Positions 53,475 to 64,000 of a stretch of DNA of 64,000 nt are shown piece after piece. Each line of letters opens with the position of its first letter. Position 1 is the first letter of the stretch. Origin of the DNA: Octopus bimaculoides (lineage: Eukaryota); NCBI RefSeq assembly GCF_001194135.2, contig NC_068987.1:73749247-73813246 (forward strand), in the 5' to 3' direction. Both the position numbers and the translations under genes were made by a program. The notes beneath the pieces were generated by a model, which ran no database searches, was not told the DNA's origin, and saw only the letters and a list, made by a program, of their open reading frames with translations.

Positions 53475-54450
53475 AACCTTCGAAGGTGACGAGCTGGCTG
53501 AATCGGTAGCACGCCGGGCAAAATTCTTGGCAGAATTTCATCCGTCTTTACGTTCTGAGTTCAAATACCGCCGAGNNNNNNNNNNNNNNNNNNNNNNNNN
53601 NNNNNNNNNNNNNNNNNNNNNNNNNNNNNNNNNNNNNNNNNNNNNNNNNNNNNNNNNNNNNNNNNNNNNNNNNNNNNNNNNNNNNNNNNNNNNNNNNNNN
53701 NNNNNNNNNNNNNNNNNNNNNNNNNNNNNNNNNNNNNNNNNNNNNNNNNNNNNNNNNNNNNNNNNNNNNNNNNNNNNNNNNNNNNNNNNNNNNNNNNNNN
53801 NNNNNNNNNNNNNNNNNNNNNNNNNNNNNNNNNNNNNNNNNNNNNNNNNNNNNNNNNNNNNNNNNNNNNNNNNNNNNNNNNNNNNNNNNNNNNNNNNNNN
53901 NNNNNNNNNNNNNNNNNNNNNNNNNNNNNNNNNNNNNNNNNNNNNNNNNNNNNNNNNNNNNNNNNNNNNNNNNNNNNNNNNNNNNNNNNNNNNNNNNNNN
54001 NNNNNNNNNNNNNNNNNNNNNNNNNNNNNNNNNNNNNNNNNNNNNNNNNNNNNNNNNNNNNNNNNNNNNNNNNNNNNNNNNNNNNNNNNNNNNNNNNNNN
54101 NNNNNNNNNNNNNNNNNNNNNNNNNNNNNNNNNNNNNNNNNNNNNNNNNNNNNNNNNNNNNNNNNNTTGTAATCGACTTAATCCCTTTGTCTGTCCTTGT
54201 TTGTCCCCTCTATGTTTAGCCCCTTGTGGGCAATAAAGAAATAAACTTTAGCACGCCAGATGAAATGCTTAGCGGTATTTCGTCTGTCTTTACGTTTTGA
54301 GTTCAAATTCCGCTGAGGTCGACTTTTAACTTTCATCCTTTCGGTGTCGATAAATTTAGTACCAGTTGCGTACTGGAGTCGATCTAATCGACTGGCCCCC
54401 TCTCCAAAAATTCCGAGCCTTATACCTAGAGTAGAAAAGAATATATTCAA
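53475..54450 (+). mobile_element. Head-to-tail SINE A array spanning an assembly gap
   Basis: Head at ~53475, gap 53576-54167, A2 tail joined to actttagcacg at 54241-54256, then a terminal unit with the older tail. Confidence 0.85.
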
Positions 54451-54589
54451 TATTTTAAAATTTTCCAACTACATGTCCTAGACAAACGAAATTAAATAGG
54501 CTCCATACTGAACAATAAAAGATTTATTTATCAAAATTCGAACAAAAGATTCAGAAGGATGTAGATTTTATAACCGATTTGACGAAGCT

Positions 54590-54950
54590 TCACAAACGCT
54601 CAATATGCGCACCGCCTATGACACGATACACGTCCAGCTCCTGCTAAACGTGTTGTAGCATGCCTTGCGTAATTCTCTAGCACCTCAGTGATTCTCTGCT
54701 TGAGTTCCTCTAGGCTTGTAGGAAAATGTGGGATATAGACCAGTCCTTTCACATAGCCTGTAAAAAAAATCACAAGGTGTCAAATCTGGCGAACAGGATA
54801 GCCATGTCAACAGCACATTGTCATTATCACTGGCATGCCCGATCCAAACTTAGATTTTACACATTTGGTTAAAATTTGAGATCATTTGAGCGCGAATTGG
54901 CTATGTTATTAGACTCCGAAATTACGTCAATTTTGTGGGGACACCCGGTA
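54590..54950 (-). mobile_element. Internally deleted Tc1/mariner (maT-like) element
   Basis: Minus-strand SCSPDLTPCDFFF.GYVKGLVY...LEELKQRITE...GAHIE; terminus TA-ccgggtgtccccacaaaattgac at 54950. Confidence 0.8.
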
Positions 54951-56274
54951 TATCAGACCTATGACTTCGTGATCCGTATTTTATAATTGTATGTATTGTG
55001 TCTGTAACCAGGCAATGGCTCACTTTCCTTAAGTCTAAAACATTGTTAATGTGTAACCAAGAAGTCTCAGGAAAACAATGAAACAAAGAACGCGAGTACG
55101 CAAGCATATAATTACTCAGGGGATAGAATAAAGTAAAATTCAATGTTTCGGATATTGACCCTTTGTCTGGAATACAAAGCGAAAATAGGGAAAAAGGTGC
55201 AAATCAGTCAAAATAAAAACAGCAGAGAGAATGAGGAACGGAAATGGAATAGAAGTGTGCTGAATGGTACTTTGAAGACAAAAGGGAGGAAGGAAAATAA
55301 TCAAAGACTGTGAACAAGTGAGGAGAACAGAAGCTTCTCAAGATTAACTTAGAACCCTATGTATTAGTCAGAAATGTTCTGAGTTGTCTCTCTTCGTGTT
55401 CTCTCCTATCGTAGACAATAGATGAGAGTTCCACAGCCTATACAAATGATTTGATTATAGTGATCATATGTTTGTGGTGTACATTGGCTCATACTCTCCG
55501 TCAAATCGACATTGTCTGTACAAATGCCCAGTGTGCCACAGATCAGAGACTGCCATCAATTAATCGCAGAGCAACGCGAGACGAAGTGCTTGGTTCAAAA
55601 ACACAACGCACTGCCCGTTGCGAGATTCGAACTACGATTTTGTGATTGTGGGGGTGCAGCTTTCTAACCAATAGGCCATGTACCTTCTGTTTCCCCTCGG
55701 TGCTCAGTCAAAAAATAATGTAACTTAATCCCTAATATTTCTTCTAAATTCTCTAATATTAATCTACTGTTGCTATTTATAATATTGATAACGTTGGAAA
55801 TAAACACGCTATTATATTACTAGTATCACACTTGTATTTTTATAGCAATCTGAACAGTCTTAATCAGGTTACTGAATAATTATTAATTTTCTCGATTTTT
55901 TTAATAAATTCATTATTGTGATCTCCAGGCGAGCTGTAGAGTGTTAGAAACGGGAGAGACCTGACCAAATTCTCTATAGTATTTAGTTGTAGTTGTTCTC
56001 AATTCTAATTTATGCAAACTCAAAATGAAAAGTATTCTAACCTCCACCATCTTATCTTTTTGAGAGTTTGTAGAACTGAATTGTATAACATGTTGTCTCC
56101 TTCTCATCCTACAGACAACTGTAGGATGGGATTTGAAAGAGATTTAGTAGCAAGAAGAGCGATTTCGTTGGCTCGTAATATTTAGTTCTTTTGTTAAGCG
56201 TTATAACGAATGCATCGTCTTCACGCTTCTTAAATATACACAGTACACACGCAGATACACACACACACACAGTA

Positions 56275-56307
<33 letters not shown>

Positions 56308-56737
56308 GAGAGAGGGGGGAGAAAGAAAGAAGATGAAAACTATCTTGCTTTTAATGATTTAATTAACTGGTGGACAGTCATGGAATTTGCTGTTGTTGAC
56401 TGACTCCCACCATTTATTTTATCGATCCCGAAAACATAGAAGATAAATTTGACTTCGGAACGATTTGAACGCAGAGCACAGTGAGCAGGAACAAATACCA
56501 AAGAACATCTCACTCAACTCTCTAACATTTTCGCCAATCCACCTTCTTGAATTGTTTCCCTATTTTATCCACCACGGAAGAAAGAATGAAAGGCAGAAGT
56601 GAGATTTGAATTCAGTGCGCAGGGAATCAGAATAAACATCACGAGGCATTCTATCCAACACTCTGAACACCACTCTGCTAATTCGCCGCCGAGTAAACTT
56701 ATCTAAAATATCAATTTCTCTATTTGCTACCGTATTA

Positions 56738-57119
56738 GCGTGGAGGCGCAATGGCCCAGTGGTTAGGGCAGCGGTCATAGGATCGCGGTTTCGATTCCCA
56801 GACCGGGCGTTGTGCGTGTTTATTGAGCGAAGACACCTAAAAGCTCCACGAGGCTCCGGCAGGGGATGGTGGCGAACCCTGCTGTACTCTTTCACCACAA
56901 CTTTCTCTCACTCTTACTTCCTGTTTCTGTTGTGCCTGTAATTCAAAGGGTCAGCCTTGTCACACTGTGTCACGCTGAATATCCCCGAGAACTACGTTAA
57001 GGGTACACGTGTCTGTGGAGTGCTCAGTCACTTGCACGTTAATTTCACGAGCAGGCTGTTCCGTTGATCGGATCAACTGGAACCCTCGACGTCGTAAGCG
57101 ACGAAGTGCCAACAACAAC
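56738..57119 (+). mobile_element. Full-length young SINE family E
   Basis: A box tggcccagtgg, B box ggtttcgattcc, ~380 bp, (AAC)n tail; second copy at 4136 and diverged relative at ~25060-25200. Confidence 0.9.
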
Positions 57120-57324
57120 CTTATTAGCAATTACTATACTACATAGCAAACTTATAAGTATCCAACCGTTAATGAAATCAATGTAACAGGTACCGTTTGT
57201 TATAATCATGTCTAAGTAAGTCAACAATGCGATATGGGTTCCATACCAAGGTGGAACTGCTTAACATAATTTATCTCACTATTGTAATGAACGACTCAGC
57301 TTCTCATAACAGTTCTATATATTC

Positions 57325-57490
57325 TGAGATGAGGAAATTTTAGTCGGAGTGGCATCCTTATCTTGATTGTTACTTTCACCACGTTTCGGTTGGGGTACGC
57401 TACAGCCTTCTTCAAGTGTCTTGTGATTCACCTTAGTGCTTTGCCTGCGATTGAACTCAGAACCTCAAGGTGGCTGCACCCATAACAGTT
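57325..57490 (-). mobile_element. Older copy of the PLE terminal module (tRNA-like B-box remnant plus degenerate hammerhead)
   Basis: gagatgagga...acgtttcggttggggtacgctacagccttcttcaagtgtcttg...gcgattgaactcagaacctc parallels 6365-6580. Confidence 0.65.
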
Positions 57491-57539
57491 CTTAAAAATC
57501 CTAAATTTTATGGTTTCGTATTCTTTTAATCTTAGACAT

Positions 57540-57880
57540 TTGACTGAGGCCATACTGGAGCAATACCTTTAAGGGTGTTTTTTAGTCGAAGAAATCGACC
57601 CCCAGGATTTATTCTCTGTAAGCCTAGTACTTATTCTATCGGTCCCTTTTGCCGAACCATTAAGTTACAGGGGCGTAAACACACCAACATCAGTTGTCAA
57701 AAGATGGTGGTAGGACAAACACTCACACACACACACACAGACACACACACACAGACACACACACACAGACACACACACACATACGACGGATTTCTTTCAG
57801 TTTCCGTCTACTAAATCCACTCACAATGTATTGTTCGGCCCGGGGCTATAGCAGAAGGCACTTGCCCAAAGTGCCACGCA
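57540..57880 (-). mobile_element. SINE family C, 5'-truncated
   Basis: Reverse complement of the family C body with an internal (CA)n. Confidence 0.85.
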
Positions 57881-58424
57881 GATCGTTATTACTTTTTTTA
57901 GCTTGTGATTTTTCTACGTGCCACACGAGTTTGTTGTAATCATAAACTAAATACGGAATAATTGCTTGCCATGTTTCCACAAATACAACCGTATATCCTT
58001 CCATCTACCAGTTTTCGAGTATTCTGGGAGATGAAAAAAAGTAGTTCTTATAAAAAGAAACCGGTTGATCTAGTTACTATTGTTACTGTTGCTGTTGTTG
58101 TTGTTTGGTGTTTGTGTTGCTGCTGGTGTTATTATTATTATTAATAGTAGTATCGCGTTCATTAAGAATACCTGCTGCAAACACCATCCTTCAATTGACA
58201 GCCCAGTCTTGCCACTGGAGTGTAACCTCTTTTGCTGAGTAGGGGGTATAGAAACCTTTGGCAACCACCCAACTGCTGACTGTTAACATTGCACACGTTT
58301 CCCACCCTCCATTATTAATATCATTATTTTTTTTTTTTCATTGCTGTTGTTTTCGTCATCGTTGTCATTGCCGTTGTTGCCATCATCATCATCATCATCA
58401 TCGTCGTCGTCGTCGTCGTCGTCG

Positions 58425-58474
<50 letters not shown>

Positions 58475-58534
58475 GTCATCGTCATCGTCGTCGTCATCAT
58501 CATCATCATCATCATCATCATCANNNNNNNNNNG

Positions 58535-58569
<35 letters not shown>

Positions 58570-58582
58570 GTCATCGTCGTCG

Positions 58583-58632
<50 letters not shown>

Positions 58633-58842
58633 GTCATCATCATCATCATCATCATCGATTTTCTAACCGTTATTATTGCTAGTGTATCGGTGTTGACAAG
58701 AATGACGACGGTTTAATTATAGAGATCGCCTTTCAGTAAGAAATACTGCTTTTTTTTTTCTACATACATATATACATTTCATAATATATACTTATTTTCA
58801 AAAAGGTTGAAAGGGAATGAAGTCAAAACATGCTTAGTGTTC

Positions 58843-58922
<80 letters not shown>

Positions 58923-61333
58923 AATTATGATGCTTGTATCACACTTATCCACTTTCGATCGTTTCAATAATATGTAGGACTGATAAACGATTCAAATAAC
59001 TGGAACAAAAATAAACAATGGTTATGCAAATTAATGCGATATTAAATGAGAGCCAAATGCGACCCATTTCATTAAGACCTTCGATAGATGTTATACGCTT
59101 GCACATAGATAAACTCGGTTGTACGAGTAATCAACAGGGAAGGACTTATAATGTGGTAGCGAGAAAGTAACCATATTGAGATGCGCGTAATGAAAGGCAC
59201 AAATTAAAAGGATTAGAATACTGAAAGGCACGTATACTACTTGATAAAATCGGTTGTGACGTTGAGGTTGTTTAGCTTAGGCAAGATAAAAGATGGACGG
59301 TATAAAAGGCTGAAAGGAAGGTATTCAACTTTGTGTAGCAATAAACAGAATGCTATTCACAAAGCGGCATTAATTAGGAGAAATGGGTGTGCCAAGAGTA
59401 ACATCAAAGAGACAGGGATGATGAAAGGGAGGGGAACGAAGAGAATGACAGAAAGAAAAAGAGATAAAGAAAAATATAAGACGATTATGAAGAATAGAAA
59501 ACTACAAAGACAGAAGTAACGACGTGCAATTAAAGGCATTGAGAAATTACTGTTGCTATTCCCGGAGGAATACTGCAGTGTATTAGACTTTCAGCGATGT
59601 ATCTACTTTAAATATGATACGCACATGCTATTTTTAACTAATACTAATTTCGTCACAGATATATATATATATATATATATATACGCATATATAAATACAT
59701 TTATACCTACATACATGCGCATAGATATTCACACCCAAACACATACGCACGCACGCATATACTTTTTTTATCGTTTATATTTTACTGGTGTCAGTTATTG
59801 GACTGTGAGTAGTCAACAGATCGACCCAAGTAAGCTATTCCCAAATTGGTACTCATTCTATCTCTCATTTTGCCAAACCGCTAAATTATGGGAACGGAAA
59901 CAAACCAATATCGGTTGCCAACCTGTTGGGTGACAAACGCAAAAATACACTGATATAAACATGGGAAACGTCGAACGCTGTCCTCTTTCTGTCGAAGGTT
60001 TTCAGCCTAATATTTACATGTTATTATTCATAGTTTTATGTCCGCTTCGAGATCCAGTTCCCAAAATGAATTATTTCACGCTCCCTCAAAAGTTTATAGA
60101 TTCTTATGATGACAACAATATGTATATANNNNNNNNNNNNNNNNNNNNNNNNNNNNNNNNNNNNNNNNNNNNNNNNNNNNNNNNNNNNNNNNNNNNNNNN
60201 NNNNNNNNNNNNNNNNNNNNNNNNNNNNNNNNNNNNNNNNNNNNNNNNNNNNNNNNNNNNNNNNNNNNNNNNNNNNNNNNNNNNNNNNNNNNNNNNNNNN
60301 NNNNNNNNNNNNNNNNNNNNNNNNNNNNNNNNNNNNNNNNNNNNNNNNNNNNNNNNNNNNNNNNNNNNNNNNNNNNNNNNNNNNNNNNNNNNNNNNNNNN
60401 NNNNNNNNNNNNNNNNNNNNNNNNNNNNNNNNNNNNNNNNNNNNNNNNNNNNNNNNNNNNNNNNNNNNNNNNNNNNNNNNNNNNNNNNNNNNNNNNNNNN
60501 NNNNNNNNNNNNNNNNNNNNNNNNNNNNNNNNNNNNNNNNNNNNNNNNNNNNNNNNNNNNNNNNNNNNNNNNNNNNNNNNNNNNNNNNNNNNNNNNNNNN
60601 NNNNNNNNNNNNNNNNNNNNNNNNNNNNNNNNNNNNNNNNNNNNNNNNNNNNNNNNNNNNNNNNNNNNNNNNNNNNNNNNNNNNNNNNNNNNNNNNNNNN
60701 NNNNNNNNNNNNNNNNNNNNNNNNNNNNNNNNNNNNNNNNNNNNNNNNNNNNNNNNNNNNNNNNNNNNNNNNNNNNNAATATCAGGGTAATAAAAAATTT
60801 TTGAAATTTCTTCTACCAGTAGCCTAGCGTGTAAAAAAATTTAGTCAATAGACTATATATTATTTATATAAATACAGTGTACATTTAAACACATAAGAAG
60901 TATCCGTCATTGGATTCCTTGCACGCTAGAAGGAACAGCTAAAATCCAAGCCACTATAAGGGATAAACTTTGAAGGGAATGAAAAGTAAAACATTTACCA
61001 TCTATCTCCTGGACCATGGTTTCAAATTGTTTTTTAGCAAATAAAATAATTTGCTAGGTGAAGTCTTCATCAGCAGGTACGCCAAGATTAAAACAAAAAC
61101 ACAGAAAACGAACTCTTTTTCGAACAACGGAAGACACAAATAGATAAAAGAGACAGGCAACATAAGGAACAAACGGTGGGAGCTGTTAAGCCAATACGAT
61201 GTAAAGTGGTGAACGCTGGAGAAACGAGCTTTGAAAAGAGACAGATAAAAGCATGTCTTGTTTTTAGGAAGGAAGTGGAACTCAGAAAGATAGATAGCCG
61301 TTGGTCACGTGTGAGCAAAGAGAGAATCAAGGA

Positions 61334-61369
<36 letters not shown>

Positions 61370-61530
61370 AACAGTGAAGGAGACAGGAGAAGAATAAGGA
61401 AAGGGTGGGAGAGAAAAACACAAAGGAAGAAGAACAAGAGAGGGAGATAGAAAGGATAGAGATAGGATAAGAGTGCGCATCGGAATTATTTAAGATAAAA
61501 TTTACTTGGAAATAGATACATACAAACATT

Positions 61531-61577
<47 letters not shown>

Positions 61578-61811
61578 GGTTGATGGATCGTTACTTTTCC
61601 TCAGGCATTCGTTCTACGATTGCTTGAACGAACTCTTCGTGTAAAACTCCGAGTAGCTATTGAGTGAATCACAGTCTTTACACAAATAAATATGTTCGTG
61701 TAATACGATTATTGCGTTTTTTTTTCTCGATGGCATTCCTAAACAGAAACGCACATACTCATTCACACACATACACACCTATACAGACATATATAAACAT
61801 GTGCGAGTTGT

Positions 61812-61906
<95 letters not shown>

Positions 61907-61961
61907 TGAGTGTGTGTTGCGCGTGTGTAAATATAGAAGAAGCCCAATCGTGTAAATGTAG

Positions 61962-62110
61962 ACAAACAATTACATGACAGACATAACTGGTATTGTAACA
62001 GGAGACAACATGCCCAGAATAATTATACTAGTTGATGCTGTTATTTCTACTGTTTGCGCTGCCTTCTACGCCATGTATATAAGACAGACTAGTTGCTGCT
62101 TTCTGGAAAG
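61962..62110 (+). CDS. Weak candidate exon 6 of the IR/iGluR-like gene
   Basis: Phase-0 tgtAG then open TNNYMTDITGIVTGDNMPRIIILVDAVISTVCAAFYAM...; LVDAV resembles the ATD 'YDAV' helix; donor AAG|GTTAAG. No pyrimidine tract at the acceptor. Confidence 0.25.
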
Positions 62111-62159
62111 GTTAAGAACACACACGCACACACACACGACACACGACACGCACTTTCAT

Positions 62160-62204
<45 letters not shown>

Positions 62205-62587
62205 NNNNNNNNNNNNNNNNNNNNNNNNNNNNNNNNNNNNNNNNNNNNNNNNNNNNNNNNNNNNNNNNNNNNNNNNNNNNNNNNNNNNNNNNNNNNNNNN
62301 NNNNNNNNNNNNNNNNNNNNNNNNNNNNNNNNNNNNNNNNNNNNNNNNNNNNNNNNNNNNNNNNNNNNNNNNNNNNNNNNNNNNNNNNNNNNNNNNNNNN
62401 NNNNNNNNNNNNNNNNNNNNNNNNNNNNNNNNNNNNNNNNNNNNNNNNNNNNNNNNNNNNNNNNNNNNNNNNNNNNNNNNNNNNNNNNNNNNNNNNNNNN
62501 NNNNNNNNNNNNNNNNNNNNNNNNNNNNNNNNNNNNNNNNNNNNNNNNNNNNNNNNNNNNNNNNNNNNNNNNNNNNNNNNNNNNNNN

Positions 62588-64000
62588 CGGGATTTGAAAA
62601 ACCTTATCAAAAAATATGTACTAAAATGGAATATGTAAAGAGAAAAGAACTAAAAAAAGAATTTATTAAAATCAAAATTAAGATTAACATTCATAGTTCA
62701 CTTTCCTTTTTCCTGGACATGCTAAACCACCTCCCCAAAACGGTCAATGACAAAACACTGCTAGTATCCTTCGACGTAGTCAATCTGTATTCAAACATCA
62801 CCCGCACTCGAGGAATAGAAGCCATCACATTCTAGTTAGGTAATTACTCCTATTGACTCCCCTCTCGCATTAAAAAAGAACTCATAATAGAAGGACTAAG
62901 ATTTATCCTAGAAAACAACTATTTTATATTTAACATTGACTACTTCCGACAAAAATCAGGGTCTGCAATGGGAACACGGACTGCACCTTCTTTGCGAACC
63001 TGGTAATCTCGAGATTAAATTATACCAGAGAAAACTCTAGAAATACGGAAACTTCTCTTCCACATACATTCTGGAAAAGATATCTCGATGACTGCTTCAT
63101 CCTCTGGAATGAAAGTATAGAAAACTCAACAAATTCCAAACACCTCTAAATGCAATAAATGAAAACCTCCAATTTACGATAGAGTAAAACCAGAAACAAC
63201 TACTGTTTTTAGATATCCTTATTAAGAAAGTCGGGAACAAAATAGAGACAGATATCTATAACAAACCTACGGACTCGAAACAGTACCTGCCATTTGATTC
63301 TTGCCACCCGAGATACACCAGGATGAATATCTCATTTTGTTTAGCCAAAAGAATATGTATAATAGTATCAAACGCAAACACCAGTTACACACGACTCCAG
63401 GAATTGAAAACCAAACTCATCAATAGGAATTACCCACAACCCTCAATCGACAACACGATCCAACGAGTACTTAAAATCAATGCGCAAGACCAAAGAAAGA
63501 AGAAATTTTGAAAACCCTGCCTTACATTTCCACACACAACCCACATAACAATGAAGCCTTCAACACTATACTCCATAGCACAGCTCTACTCAAGAGGGAC
63601 ACAAAGATGAATCAAATCCTCAAAAAACACACACAATCATCAAAAGTAAGAGACAACCAAAATCAATAAAAAGGATTTTAACCCAGGGCAAATCACACTC
63701 AACAATAACCACTAAGCCGGCAGTAAAAAAATGCGGGAGGCCCAACTGTGAGATTTGTATCAACATAATAGAAGGATCAGAACACCGATTAGAACAAGGC
63801 CATAATTTCACCATAAAAACTAACTTTACATGTGCATCAGAGAACTTCATTTACTTAATTACATGCTCGGAATGAAACGGCAATATATTGGATACACAAA
63901 AACAGCCTATGTCAGCCTATAAGCATGAAATTTTAACCGAGCTGTGGCTCTGTAAAACACAAATATCAGTTTTAAGATGTGTACTAACACAACATGGCGT
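62588..64000 (+). mobile_element. Penelope-like retroelement (RT, Cys linker, start of GIY-YIG), degenerate
   Basis: LVSFDVVNLYSNI, FILENNYF, GSAMGT, WKRYLDDCF, FLDILI, YNKPTDSKQYLPFDSCHP, KCGRPNCEIC linker, FTCASENFIYLITC; multiple stops and frameshifts. Confidence 0.92.

Noticed and set aside
55415-55645. Apparent phase-0 exon (TIDESSTAYTNDLII...) with a good pyrimidine tract, superficially like IR25a SSAFYFDL
   Set aside because: It is continuous with a reverse-oriented family-B SINE and reads as its tail; there is no usable donor before the SINE head.
61605-61665. Strong acceptor followed by AFVLRLLERTLRVKLRVAIE*
   Set aside because: In-frame stop after 20 codons and only weak donor candidates.

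Overview
Repeat-rich, gap-rich animal genomic DNA (17 N-gaps, dense microsatellites, abundant tRNA-derived SINEs); by repeat content it resembles an octopus/coleoid cephalopod assembly (inference). One host gene is recoverable and the ORF track does not assemble it: five + strand exons (18342-18510, 30592-30702, 44846-45136, 47061-47233, 48788-48937) with consistent splice phases encode 298 aa. That is a signal peptide plus the N-terminal (ATD/LIVBP-like) domain of an ionotropic glutamate receptor-family protein resembling IR25a/IR8a; the gene runs on past the last confident exon. The rest is mobile DNA: several SINE families, R4/Dong-like REL LINE fragments sitting in microsatellites, a Gypsy remnant, Penelope-like elements with minimal hammerhead ribozyme motifs, Tc1/mariner MITEs, a foldback MITE and a Helitron end. 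The most unusual signals are (1) SINE units repeatedly joined head-to-tail at the same point inside the Pol III A-box, suggesting a self-targeting SINE; (2) a Penelope terminal module ordered ORF end / tRNA-like promoter / (AAT)n / hammerhead; and (3) a 161-bp, 2-mismatch inverted templated copy 2.4 kb from its donor. Most long ORFs in the track are artefacts of N-gaps or microsatellites. All protein-family calls are from recalled motifs; no searches were run.
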